64,000 bases of DNA from an uncultured Granulosicoccaceae bacterium (lineage in GTDB: Bacteria > Pseudomonadota > Gammaproteobacteria > Granulosicoccales > Granulosicoccaceae), in contig CALIMV010000008.1 in NCBI GenBank assembly GCA_938045275.1, positions 1,375-65,374 of the forward strand. The letters are read 5' to 3'. Positions 1-9,386 of this stretch are shown one piece after another (positions within the stretch are counted from its first letter, which is position 1; every line of letters begins with the position of its first letter). A program made the position numbers and the translations under genes. The notes under the pieces are model-generated. The model was not told the origin of the DNA and searched no databases. It saw nothing but the letters and a program-made list of their open reading frames with translations.

Positions 1-2
1 AA

Positions 3-521
3 CTTTCTGATGTCGATCTGCTTATAAATAACGCTGGTGTAAACAATATGTCTGCATTTGCAGCCGCGCAAGATTTGGACAGTGCAAGAGATGAAATGGA
101 AGTGAACTATTTTGGCACGCTAGCAATGTGTCGCGCCTTTGCACCAGTACTTAAACAAAATGGTGGCGGTGCTATAGTCAACATGTTGTCCATATTGGCA
201 CGAGTCAATTTGCCGTTGATGGGTTCGCTGTGTGCATCCAAAGCCGCGGGCTTATCATTAGTACAAGGCTTACGCGCAGAACTTGCCGCACAGAATACGG
301 CGGTCATCGCTGTTATGCCGGGAGCGGTCGATACCGACATGAGCCGTGATTTTCCTCCACCCAAAATGCCAGCAGCCGATGTTGCAAATGCCATGCTTGA
401 TGGTGTTGAAAAAGGCGTGGAAGAGATCTATCCCGGCGAAATGGCTGATGGTATGAGTCAGGGGCTGGCCGCTGACCCAAAAGCCGTAGAAAAGGAATTG
501 GCAGGTTATTTACCGCAGTAA
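3..521 (+). CDS. Short-chain dehydrogenase/reductase (5'-truncated by window edge)
   Basis: Frame is open from nt 3 (LSDVDLLINNAGV...). Has the NNAG, VNYFG, IVNMLS and PGAVDTDM SDR motifs. The catalytic YxxxK reads LCASK. Confidence 0.9.
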   Translation, partial: LSDVDLLINNAGVNNMSAFAAAQDLDSARDEMEVNYFGTLAMCRAFAPVLKQNGGGAIVNMLSILARVNLPLMGSLCASKAAGLSLVQGLRAELAAQNTAVIAVMPGAVDTDMSRDFPPPKMPAADVANAMLDGVEKGVEEIYPGEMADGMSQGLAADPKAVEKELAGYLPQ

Positions 522-570
522 TGGCAATATCATGTCACTGAAAACATGATATCTGCTCTGCTATTAAAAT

Positions 571-617
571 TCCCACTGCGTTTTTGTCAAGGCGGTAACT
601 GTCCTGACGCAGTGGGA
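571..617. terminator. Inverted repeat/hairpin between convergent genes
   Basis: TCCCACTGCGT (571-581) and ACGCAGTGGGA (607-617) form a perfect 11-bp stem. Confidence 0.5.
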
Positions 618-642
618 GGCTTTAATTGTTGTTGTTGACTAG

Positions 643-662
643 CGGTGATTATAAAATCACCG
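643..662. terminator. Second hairpin between convergent genes
   Basis: CGGTGATT-ataa-AATCACCG, a perfect 8-bp stem. Confidence 0.4.
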
Positions 663-729
663 TTGCTTGTTCGAAGTTAATCTTCGGCTGCAGCAAAGTG
701 CTAAGACGGTGACATTTTGTTGTAAACAG

Positions 730-1476
730 CTAGTACTGATAAATGTATTCAAACCAGAGCGCTGCTGTATTCTTGATGTCACCACTGAAAAACTGATTTC
801 CGCTTAAGCCAATATTGTACTTGTTGTCGCTAAACCCACGATAAATCGATGCTGTTGCATAAGGTCCGCCTGCCAAGTCTATGTCTATCTCTGTACAGTC
901 TGAACAGTTTTCAATACTCCGGTCAGCTCCAGCAATTGAACCGAAACCGACTCCAGCTTTAAATTGCACTGGAGATGAAGCACTGGTTGCAATGTAGAGC
1001 AGTTCACCATAGTAGTAGATACCTTTCGCTTCTGAGGTCGCGGTTTCAACATCAGACCCGAAAATATCTGTAACAAGTACTTGTTCGGTGAATTTGGCGT
1101 TGTCATCCAACTGCAAAAACCCTAGACCGGCGGATACCGCAAACCGTGGAGCAAAGTGGTAGGACGCATTGAGGTCAAAGGAAAACGCTGTGTCTCCGAT
1201 ACTTTCCTTTGAAGCAGCTTCCTGGTCCAATGAAAAATGCGCAATGCCTAGCCCAAAAGTCCATCCTAGATTGTCAATGTCGTCGGAGTCGTCCGTTGTT
1301 GCTGTTTGAGCGAACACGTTGCCGCTCATGGCGAAAAAAACGATGAGAATTAAAATCAATCTGTTTGCAGCCTTGTGTACAGGCGTTTTGGTTTGGTACG
1401 CAGTTGTTGTTTTGACCGAGCTAGTTAACAGCATGAAAATTGGTGTAACAAAGCGCATAGTGTTACGTGTGCTCAT
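730..1476 (-). CDS. Outer-membrane beta-barrel protein
   Basis: GGAGG RBS before ATG 1476. Signal peptide ending VFA-Q, amphipathic beta strands, aromatic C-terminus (WFEYIYQY). Confidence 0.7.
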   Translation of the reverse strand: MSTRNTMRFVTPIFMLLTSSVKTTTAYQTKTPVHKAANRLILILIVFFAMSGNVFAQTATTDDSDDIDNLGWTFGLGIAHFSLDQEAASKESIGDTAFSFDLNASYHFAPRFAVSAGLGFLQLDDNAKFTEQVLVTDIFGSDVETATSEAKGIYYYGELLYIATSASSPVQFKAGVGFGSIAGADRSIENCSDCTEIDIDLAGGPYATASIYRGFSDNKYNIGLSGNQFFSGDIKNTAALWFEYIYQY

Positions 1477-1796
1477 AATACCTCCGTGTTTTACGTTGAA
1501 AATGCAGATTGGTGTTAATGCGATATTGTTCGCATGGCTATTATAAGCCATCTCAAAATCGATGGCAGCGCCTGGTGCTGCTCGCCCAACACATGCGTTG
1601 TGTGAACTTACAGCCGCAAGTTTAGTATGGTGTCTGGTAGATTAACACCTGCACGTGTCTCATTCTGCGATGTGTACAGTATGTTTGGTCATGTTCAGAC
1701 CATGTTTACTTATTTCGTCGAGTTATTAATTTTGTTTGTAAGTCCACGGCACAAAAGTACGGCATCGGAAGCCAATTTCATCTCATGTGTTGCTAA

Positions 1797-2198
1797 TCAT
1801 GTGTTACTGGTTTGAAATGAGTCTGAGCACACGCGCTGTATTTCTGCAGATAAATGATCAGCACTGAATGGCTTTTCCAGGTGTGCCGCAAAGCCGCTGG
1901 CTTCGTCTCCTTCAAACAAGGTATCCACAGGATTACCACTCATAGACAGAATGGGTATGCTGCTGTCTATTAGCCTTATTTGCTGCATTGTTTCTACCCC
2001 GCCCATTCCACCCACTATTTTGATATCCAGAATAGCCAGATCAAAACGACTACTTGTTTGCTGGCCTTGCTTGAGTATATCCAGCAAAATTTCGCCTGTT
2101 TGAGCCGTGGAACATTGATGCCCGCGAGCTTTTAATAGTCTTGACAGGGCGACCAATACAGCTTCTTCATCGTCCAGCAAGAGAATATTCAGTGACAT
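1797..2198 (-). CDS. Stand-alone response regulator receiver domain
   Basis: ILLLDDE, AILD (phosphoacceptor), MSG and KPF motifs. No output domain. Confidence 0.9.
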   Translation of the reverse strand: MSLNILLLDDEEAVLVALSRLLKARGHQCSTAQTGEILLDILKQGQQTSSRFDLAILDIKIVGGMGGVETMQQIRLIDSSIPILSMSGNPVDTLFEGDEASGFAAHLEKPFSADHLSAEIQRVCSDSFQTSNT

Positions 2199-2381
2199 CG
2201 AACTGGCAGCCTTGCCAGCATCTTTTTTTACAACCTTTGAACAACACACATGTGGCTCCTAAGGCAAACATCGGACATTTAATACCCGTGTAGGGCTGCA
2301 TCCGTGACAACCGCAAATTGCTGAGATTTACCGGAGGTATCTGATTAAAATACCACCCAGGGCAAAAAAGGACTTTCTGCA

Positions 2382-3971
2382 ATGCAATCTTTTCATTCTG
2401 TATTCATACGACTTGGCATTACCATTATATGCCTGTTCGCTATCAGTGCATTCGTTGGTTCATGGCTCTCCGCGCACTTTACCAATAAAGCAATGTTTGA
2501 ACAAAGCAAAATGCATCTGGAAGCGGCGCTGAAATCCCGTGCGACGTTAGTAGAAGATCACTTTAGAGTGACTCAGATGCAAGTTGCGAATCTTGCGGTA
2601 GATACTCGTATCATTGAAGCTACGCAGTCATTTACCGATGGCCTGAACAAGCTGGAAATCGAAGTCGGTGACAGCGCGCCATCCGAAGAACAAATTCAAA
2701 ACGATCTGGAGAGTTACTATAGCACTGAATTCGCCAGTCGAATTCAACGGCAATTAGAAATATCGGACTATCTGCCAAAATCAAGCCTTGAGCGACTTGC
2801 TCAGTGGATTTATATCGTAGAAAACCCCAACGCCGTTGGAAACAAGCACGAGGCTTATATACCGGCTGTTACATCATCATACCAGCGCGCACATGATCAA
2901 TATCATTCCAAACTAAATAGATACCTGAAATCATTTGAATTCTATGACATATTTCTTTTTGACCATAACGCCAGACTGGTCTACTCCGCAAGGAAAGAAA
3001 CCGATTTTGCTACCGACTTCAATCATGGACCCTATGCTACGAGTAATCTTGGTAATACCATTCGTGCGGCCCTTGGTAGTGAACGCAACACTGTTATAAC
3101 CAGCGATCTCGAAACCTATTCGGCCAGTTATTTTGAACCGGCATTATTCTTCGCTGCGCCGGTATTTAATGGGGAAGAACTGGTCGGTGCAGTCGCGTTT
3201 CAAATTAGCAATGAAAAAACCAACCGCGTCGTGGCAGACATTCATGGTCTGCGCGGCTCGGGCGAGACTTACATCGTTGGTGATGATTTGTTCATGCGCA
3301 CAGACAGTCGTTTCAGCGATACGTCAACCATTCTGACCCAGAAAGTTGACACTGAAGCTTCAAGGGCCGTTACCAACGGCAGCACCGGTTCTGTCATTAC
3401 GCCGGACTATCGTGGCGTTAGTGTTCTGTCGCAATACCGACCACTGAACATTGAAGGTTTGAATTGGGGGATGCTTGCAGAAATTGACGAAACAGAGGTT
3501 CGCGAACCAGTCAATTCTCTTATTATGAAACTGGTTGGAGTGCTGTTGGTCACTTTGGCTGCGGTCGCCGCAATCACTTACACGTTGTTCAGGCTAGGCG
3601 TGGTGAAACCACTGGCTAGCATTTCATTTACTGCCAGACAAATAGTCAATGGTGATTATTCAGCACGCACGCCAGTGACCGGTAAAGATGAATTTTCTAT
3701 TCTTGCGCAAAGCCAGAATCAAATGGCCGAGGCAGCACAGACACATATCAATGATTTAGAAAGAGCATTGATAGAAATGAAAGAACTTAAGGGCTTGCTA
3801 CCCATGTGTGCCTTCTGCAAATCTATTCGGGATGATGACGGCTATTTCCGCACAGTGGAAACCTATTTGGTGGGTAAGTCGAATCTTGAGTTCACGCACA
3901 CGTTTTGTGATCAATGTCTTCCGTTGCATTACCCTGAGGAGCCAAATAAGTTGACCTCAGATAACTCATAG
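2382..3971 (+). CDS. Membrane sensor: TM-Cache-TM-HAMP plus Cys/His-rich C-terminal tail, no kinase domain
   Basis: Two TM segments flank a Cache-type domain (YDIFLFD, GETYIVG, DYRGVSVL). HAMP (PL...DEFSILAQSQNQM), then LLPMCAFCKSIRDDDGY...FTHTFCDQC. Confidence 0.85.
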   Translation: MQSFHSVFIRLGITIICLFAISAFVGSWLSAHFTNKAMFEQSKMHLEAALKSRATLVEDHFRVTQMQVANLAVDTRIIEATQSFTDGLNKLEIEVGDSAPSEEQIQNDLESYYSTEFASRIQRQLEISDYLPKSSLERLAQWIYIVENPNAVGNKHEAYIPAVTSSYQRAHDQYHSKLNRYLKSFEFYDIFLFDHNARLVYSARKETDFATDFNHGPYATSNLGNTIRAALGSERNTVITSDLETYSASYFEPALFFAAPVFNGEELVGAVAFQISNEKTNRVVADIHGLRGSGETYIVGDDLFMRTDSRFSDTSTILTQKVDTEASRAVTNGSTGSVITPDYRGVSVLSQYRPLNIEGLNWGMLAEIDETEVREPVNSLIMKLVGVLLVTLAAVAAITYTLFRLGVVKPLASISFTARQIVNGDYSARTPVTGKDEFSILAQSQNQMAEAAQTHINDLERALIEMKELKGLLPMCAFCKSIRDDDGYFRTVETYLVGKSNLEFTHTFCDQCLPLHYPEEPNKLTSDNS

Positions 3972-4439
3972 ACAGTTCTGGTGGTACTCAAGAGAATAAA
4001 TTCTGCAGTGTTTGTTACTGGGTGTTCGAATGCTTCAAATGTACAGCCGGATTTCGCCAAAACTTTGTTCAACTCGTTTGATAGTGCTGCATCGCCAAGA
4101 GCAATATCGGGTATTGCCTTTGCGTTGCCCGATAGCCAGTCTGTGTATGCAATGTGCAGAGCCCTATCTCATTGAAGTGTTTTCTGATTCAAGCATTTCA
4201 ACACCATTACAGGATAGAGCAAAAACAATTTCTGGCTTCAAGGCATAAATGCGGCAGAACGTACCAATCAGAGCCAGATTATCTGTCGATTAAACGTTCG
4301 CGATCAGAATACTGCATCGAAAGAGTTAGCTCGAAAGGACGACAATTGACAGCTTGGCTGAACCGAGGCGTCTGTTAAATTAGGTAATTGTTAACCGCCA
4401 ATATATACTTGTTCTGCTACTTTTAGCGAGGAGAACAAA

Positions 4440-4874
4440 ATGGCTCAATACTCAGGTGGATGTGATCACATTCGAACCCACTCAGACCACGAACCTATCG
4501 ACAAACACACTTGTCATTGCTCAGTTTGTAAAAGTGTGACCGGGCAACCGACAACAGAGGTTATATTTTTTAACCATGCCGACGTAGTGGTAGATAATCC
4601 TGACAAACTCAACCGCCAGCCGTTCAATGCCAATAACCCGGATGGCCCGCTGGAGCTGTGCACGTGTGCTGACTGTGGTACGCCTATTATGCTTGATGAT
4701 AAGGAGCGCCGGGTAAAAGCCATCGTGCCAAACCTGATGGGATATGATCCTGCTACGCTTCAAACCACTTACCATGCGTTTTACGATGCGGCAACGGGTG
4801 TTCCCAAACCGGATGATGGCCGTCCTGTTTATGAAGGTTTGCGACCAGATTTTGTTTGGCCGAATCCTGCCTGA
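4440..4874 (+). CDS. GFA/CENP-V family Zn-binding protein
   Basis: CHCSVC and CADCGTP motifs; GAGGAG RBS. Confidence 0.85.
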   Translation: MAQYSGGCDHIRTHSDHEPIDKHTCHCSVCKSVTGQPTTEVIFFNHADVVVDNPDKLNRQPFNANNPDGPLELCTCADCGTPIMLDDKERRVKAIVPNLMGYDPATLQTTYHAFYDAATGVPKPDDGRPVYEGLRPDFVWPNPA

Positions 4875-4900
4875 TAAAACCGTATCGTTGTACGAATTAG

Positions 4901-4925
4901 AAAGCCCCGCATGCGGGGCTTTTTT
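4901..4925. terminator. Bidirectional Rho-independent terminator
   Basis: AAAGCCCCGC-AT-GCGGGGCTTTTTT between convergent genes. Confidence 0.85.
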
Positions 4926-4947
4926 GTTATTCAGCTGTGTGTAAAAA

Positions 4948-5910
4948 TTAATAGTGAAACGCTTCAACCGTTTTACGACTACCAAGTAAAACAGCATCGG
5001 CCACCAATTGAAGTGGAGCGAGATCCATATCTATTTCTTTGTGCTGAATAAGATGGTAAAACCGTTCGTACAGACGCCTGTATTCATTGCCAAGTGTATT
5101 CATCGCAGCATCGCTGCTTATGGTGTCCGCTTTTGCCGCAGTGTCGATTTTTTCGCCATTAATAAAAAGCTCTGAGCCGCCATTGTTTAATACCAGTAAT
5201 CCGGCATCGGTATCGGCTTCAATGCTCCAGCTTTGTTCTCCCTGTTCACGCCAGTCGAACGAAGCGGTAGCGCTTGCATTGTGTGGGTGACCGAAGGTTA
5301 GTGCAGCTGCTATCGGGGTTGACCGGTTTTCAGGTACTTCCAATCTGGCGGAAGTTACGTATATTGGGTCTGGCAATATGTATGTCACTATCGACAGCGC
5401 ATTGATGCCAGGATCAAACACACCAAATCCACCGGGTTGCCAAATCCATTCCTGGCCGTCATGCCAACGGCGAACATCTTCTCTCCAATCAATATGCAAA
5501 CATTTGAGCTTCTTATCTGCTAACCAATTACGCGCGTTTTCTACCATATGTGCTTTGCGCGAATGCCAGGTAGCAAACAAACAAAGATTATTTTGTTGTG
5601 CCATCCTTTTCAGTAGAAGACACTCGGAAATTGTTGCGCCCGTGGGTTTTTCAAGCATGACATGACGATTGTTCTGTAGCGCAGCAATTGCGTATTGCAG
5701 GCGAGGTTTCGGGGGTTGGCAAAGTGACACGGCTTCTATGTCGTCGCGTGATCGTAGTAATGCTGAAAAATCATGATAGGCGTCTACACCAGAAATGAAT
5801 CCTTTGCGTGAAAAAGTTGCGGCCAGGCGCCAATTACTGGAGCTATTAATCGCGGGTACGTGGTGCTCTAAAGCGACTTCACCGATACCGGCTAAGGCGA
5901 GGTTAATCAA
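4948..5910 (-). CDS. Gfo/Idh/MocA oxidoreductase, D-galactose/L-arabinose 1-dehydrogenase type
   Basis: GIGEVA Rossmann loop, MLEKP, WREDVRRWHDGQEWIW, GVFDPGINALS. Confidence 0.85.
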   Translation of the reverse strand: MINLALAGIGEVALEHHVPAINSSSNWRLAATFSRKGFISGVDAYHDFSALLRSRDDIEAVSLCQPPKPRLQYAIAALQNNRHVMLEKPTGATISECLLLKRMAQQNNLCLFATWHSRKAHMVENARNWLADKKLKCLHIDWREDVRRWHDGQEWIWQPGGFGVFDPGINALSIVTYILPDPIYVTSARLEVPENRSTPIAAALTFGHPHNASATASFDWREQGEQSWSIEADTDAGLLVLNNGGSELFINGEKIDTAAKADTISSDAAMNTLGNEYRRLYERFYHLIQHKEIDMDLAPLQLVADAVLLGSRKTVEAFHY

Positions 5911-6083
5911 ACGCTAAATCCGTATATTGGAAATCCGATACAATACCTGACTTTATCAGACAACACTTTAAATGAAGTACTAAACCATTCTAAACACCAG
6001 TTGCAATTTGACATTGGTTAAGGCCCTTCCTAAATTGTTCTGACAGTTTATACTGCATCAATACCCAACCAGTTACAAACGAC

Positions 6084-7040
6084 ATGACAAGCGCTAAACC
6101 AGACCTGGCTTCATTGTTTGGAGCTACGCAAGCAGATACGTTCCTGGGGTTGCCGAGCTGCAAAAATCTGGAGCAGCTTGATGCTTCTTCGGTATTCATA
6201 GGAGCGCCAGGCGCAACACCGTACGGGGCGGTTGGATCATATTGCCGAAATGCACCAAAGGCCTTGCGAAAATCTGCTGCGTCATTGTCTGCAAATATAG
6301 ATCGTTATAACTTTGACCTTGATGGTGCAACCTTTCCACCAGGTACCAAGAGTGCCGCCGACTATGGTGATCTGCCTTTAGACGATAACAATGCGGAGAA
6401 TAACCGTAACAATATTTACAATGTTGTCGCACAGGTTGTGTCAAAAAAAGCTGTGCCCATTGTCGTCGGTGGTGACGATTCGGTGCCTATTCCGATGCTG
6501 CAAGCCATGCAAACCACGGGTAAGCAATATACTATTTTGCAAATCGACGCTCACATAGATTGGCGAGACTCTCATATGGGGGAATCCCTGGGGCTTTCAT
6601 CAACCATGCGTCGCGCTTCAGAGATGAATCATATCGAGCGCATTGTTCAAGTCGGTGCCCGAGGGATTGGCTCTGGTCATCCGCAAGATCAACAGGACGC
6701 GCTTGATTGGGGAGTTCAGTTCGTTACTGCTTACGATCTGCATCAGAACGGTGTTGAGTCTGCATTGCAATTCATTCAACCAGATTCGAATATTATAATT
6801 TGTCTCGATGTTGATGCAATGGATCCGTCAATCGTTCCGGGTGTCATAGGCCGAACGCCTGGGGGGCTGAGTTACTATCAGGTTCTTGATTTAATCAAGG
6901 GTGCGTCTGGCAAAGGAACAATATCAGCAATTGATTTTGTGGAATATATGCCAGAGGTTGATATTGATAATCTCGGTGCGCTGGTTGTTTCGCGACTTAT
7001 AGCCAGTACGATGGGCGTACTGGCTCGCAGCGCAGCTTAG
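6084..7040 (+). CDS. Ureohydrolase (agmatinase/arginase family)
   Basis: GGDDSV, DAHIDW and DVDAMDP metal motifs; PGGL. Confidence 0.9.
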   Translation: MTSAKPDLASLFGATQADTFLGLPSCKNLEQLDASSVFIGAPGATPYGAVGSYCRNAPKALRKSAASLSANIDRYNFDLDGATFPPGTKSAADYGDLPLDDNNAENNRNNIYNVVAQVVSKKAVPIVVGGDDSVPIPMLQAMQTTGKQYTILQIDAHIDWRDSHMGESLGLSSTMRRASEMNHIERIVQVGARGIGSGHPQDQQDALDWGVQFVTAYDLHQNGVESALQFIQPDSNIIICLDVDAMDPSIVPGVIGRTPGGLSYYQVLDLIKGASGKGTISAIDFVEYMPEVDIDNLGALVVSRLIASTMGVLARSAA

Positions 7041-7101
7041 CAATAGCCAGTATAAAGAATTCTCGCGATTTTATAAGACAGATACGCTTTTGCAGAGACA
7101 G

Positions 7102-7144
7102 AACGAGTCTTGCCACTACTTTAATATCAGTGGCAAAACTCGTT
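7102..7144. terminator. Long hairpin between convergent genes
   Basis: AACGAGTCTTGCCACT / AGTGGCAAAACTCGTT, 15 of 16 bp paired. Confidence 0.6.
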
Positions 7145-7153
7145 ACTCAGTTG

Positions 7154-8893
7154 TCAGTCTAAAGATAGAAAGTTCGGACCATCGTAGTCGTTAAGTCGGC
7201 TGACTCTTCTAAACTGTCGATGACTTCCATTTCGTCCGGTTTGTCCGATAGAACAGTTGCGAGGACCACTGAAACTGCCAGTGGGATCATAGCAACCATC
7301 TATCCATTTCTGTATAGCTGAGTCATGCCACCCACCAAGCCAGTCCCCATGCAAACTTCCACCTGGAACGCCGTGGTCTGAAGACAACACCCAATTGGAA
7401 ACACCTGCGCCAGCACCGTCAGTCCCATTTGGAAAATATACCAGGTAGCTGATTTGCGGCACACGGTATGGGTGTGATGCCGGGCAGGGGGCTGTGTTTG
7501 AGACCATTCGAGCATGACTCATAAAGTCTGGTGAGCTCAACACCGGATTCCCGTTTCTATCAATTGCCAGACACTGTGGAAAGCTTATCGTGGCGTTTAT
7601 GTATTCACCCGCCTTGCAATTAGTCGGTATTGTGCCAGATATACTGCTTATCGAACCGCTTCGACCACAAGACCAGAAGAGCTGTCCGTTGGGTGTAAAA
7701 CTATGCTGCATGACCGCACCCGGACTTACATTTCCAGCCAGGAACTGAATACCTGCCGGCAGTGGGTTCACGTCTTTGGGGCGATGGCTTTTGTAATAAA
7801 TCACAATGTCATCCGGCACCACAATACTTCTTGGAGAATGCTTACTTGTCAGCAAGGCGGGCATCCAATAAGCCGAGCGGTTTAATTCAAATCCCTGGCA
7901 GGTAGACCCACCACTCTCCATAATGTTATTCGGATCACCAAGCGGTGCGGACTCATCAAAGACCGTAAACGCATCGGCACCTGTATTGCCCCAGAACATG
8001 TGCAAATGCGATTGACCCGGCTGTGATGGTTTTACTATAGGGTCGTCGTAAGCAAAGTGAGAGTATTGACAACCTATGCGAAACTGTCCTTGCGGGCTCG
8101 CACCATTATCCGGAACGGGAGATGGTTCTGTAAAACCATCGTGATAAAAACCCAAGCCGGTCAAATCAAGACTTGATAGTGCTTCATGTTGACGAAACAG
8201 AGGGTTGTTATTACGCAACGTTTCTAACTTTTCCTTACCCACCGGCGTGTCTGGGTGCGGTGTTTCTGGATCTGGTGTCTCAGGGTCTGGTGTCCCAGGG
8301 TCTGGTGTTCCTGGATTATCTCTTACAGCCGGGCAGGGCCCATCATCTCGAGCTATTGTTTTCAATACACTGTATTCAATGATCGCAACTGTTTCCCCAG
8401 CATCAATGTGCTTTTGCGCGCAATGTCGGTAGAGCCAGCGACGCGTGTTATTAACCAGCCACCAATACTCACCATCGTTAGGTTGCTGGAATAGATTGGA
8501 TGTTGTCGGGTCTGGTGTGTCTGGACTGGGAGGCTCTGGGTCGGGCGTTTCCGGGTTGGGCGTCTCTGGATCGGGTGTCACAGGGTTATCCCTTATCGCA
8601 GGACAAGGGCCATCATCGCGCGGAATGGATTCCAATACGCTGTACTCAACAATGCCAACAGTTTCTCCTGCGTCGATGTGGCTTTGCGCGCAATGACGGT
8701 AGAGCCAACGCCGAGAGTTGTTTGCCAGCCACCAATATTCACCATCATTGGGCTGCTGATATAAAGTCGTCGTTCCAGTATTGAAGTTGTCGGCCGAAAA
8801 GACAAGTACTTCATTGGCCGATAAGTTTGTTATTCCAAACTGGGTTAGTACAAATAGGCCGGATATAAATAGTCGTTTTTTTAGTTTGTTCAC
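7154..8893 (-). CDS. Secreted DUF1996 protein with two N-terminal 61-aa repeats and Pro/Asp/Thr linkers
   Basis: GTG 8893 follows AAGGA and gives a signal peptide. DUF1996 motifs DDPIVKPSQPGQSHLHMFWGN, NRSAYWMP, FPQC, CPASHP, LHGDWLGGW. ORF track starts at 8965. Confidence 0.8.
   Translation of the reverse strand: MNKLKKRLFISGLFVLTQFGITNLSANEVLVFSADNFNTGTTTLYQQPNDGEYWWLANNSRRWLYRHCAQSHIDAGETVGIVEYSVLESIPRDDGPCPAIRDNPVTPDPETPNPETPDPEPPSPDTPDPTTSNLFQQPNDGEYWWLVNNTRRWLYRHCAQKHIDAGETVAIIEYSVLKTIARDDGPCPAVRDNPGTPDPGTPDPETPDPETPHPDTPVGKEKLETLRNNNPLFRQHEALSSLDLTGLGFYHDGFTEPSPVPDNGASPQGQFRIGCQYSHFAYDDPIVKPSQPGQSHLHMFWGNTGADAFTVFDESAPLGDPNNIMESGGSTCQGFELNRSAYWMPALLTSKHSPRSIVVPDDIVIYYKSHRPKDVNPLPAGIQFLAGNVSPGAVMQHSFTPNGQLFWSCGRSGSISSISGTIPTNCKAGEYINATISFPQCLAIDRNGNPVLSSPDFMSHARMVSNTAPCPASHPYRVPQISYLVYFPNGTDGAGAGVSNWVLSSDHGVPGGSLHGDWLGGWHDSAIQKWIDGCYDPTGSFSGPRNCSIGQTGRNGSHRQFRRVSRLNDYDGPNFLSLD
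8312..8764 (-). repeat. Intragenic duplication, two 183-bp units (8582-8764 and 8312-8494), period 270 bp
   Basis: LYQQPNDGEYWWLANN...GPCPAIRDNP vs LFQQPNDGEYWWLVNN...GPCPAVRDNP; 51/61 aa identical by manual count. Confidence 0.95.
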
Positions 8894-9091
8894 TGGTGAC
8901 ACCTTTCCTTTAGAATCTGTTTTCTGTGTTTTTATATCAGTCAGTCTATTGGGCAACGCGCTCAAGAGAACACCATCACAGCTCCACGTGAATTAACTGA
9001 TAATGAATTTGGCCAGCGACATTCAATGTGGTTTGGGTAGCAATAATTTTTGTGTTTTCGAACACTAAAGTAGTGCAAATGACATCGCTAT

Positions 9092-9105
9092 TAGGGATTT
9101 CCCTA
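9092..9105. promoter_or_regulatory. Palindrome TAGGGATTTCCCTA (candidate operator, copy 1)
   Basis: Lies in a divergent intergenic region; near-copies at 13888 and 14773. Confidence 0.55.
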
Positions 9106-9386
9106 GCTCGCGGAAATACCCGATTTTCAAATTGAATCTAATTGATTAGTGAGCCTAGGCTAACAATGCTTAATGACATCGCGAGTTAATCTGCAACGGC
9201 ATAAAGATTGGCTCGGTATCTGGGCCTTGCATGCTGAAGGTGCTAAACCGCGTTGGCCGACTTGGGTAGAGGTTGGTTTTGCAATGCACTTCTTTGTCGT
9301 TGTATGTCATTGAGAGTTGCAAACCAGCAACCTTCGGGCGCATTGGTTAGTTGTATCATTGTGCGATAACACACGAAGGTGCTCGT

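Noticed and set aside
4164-4205. Selenocysteine read-through of an in-frame TGA on the minus strand
   Set aside because: No redox-motif context or evident SECIS; decay or chance is more likely.
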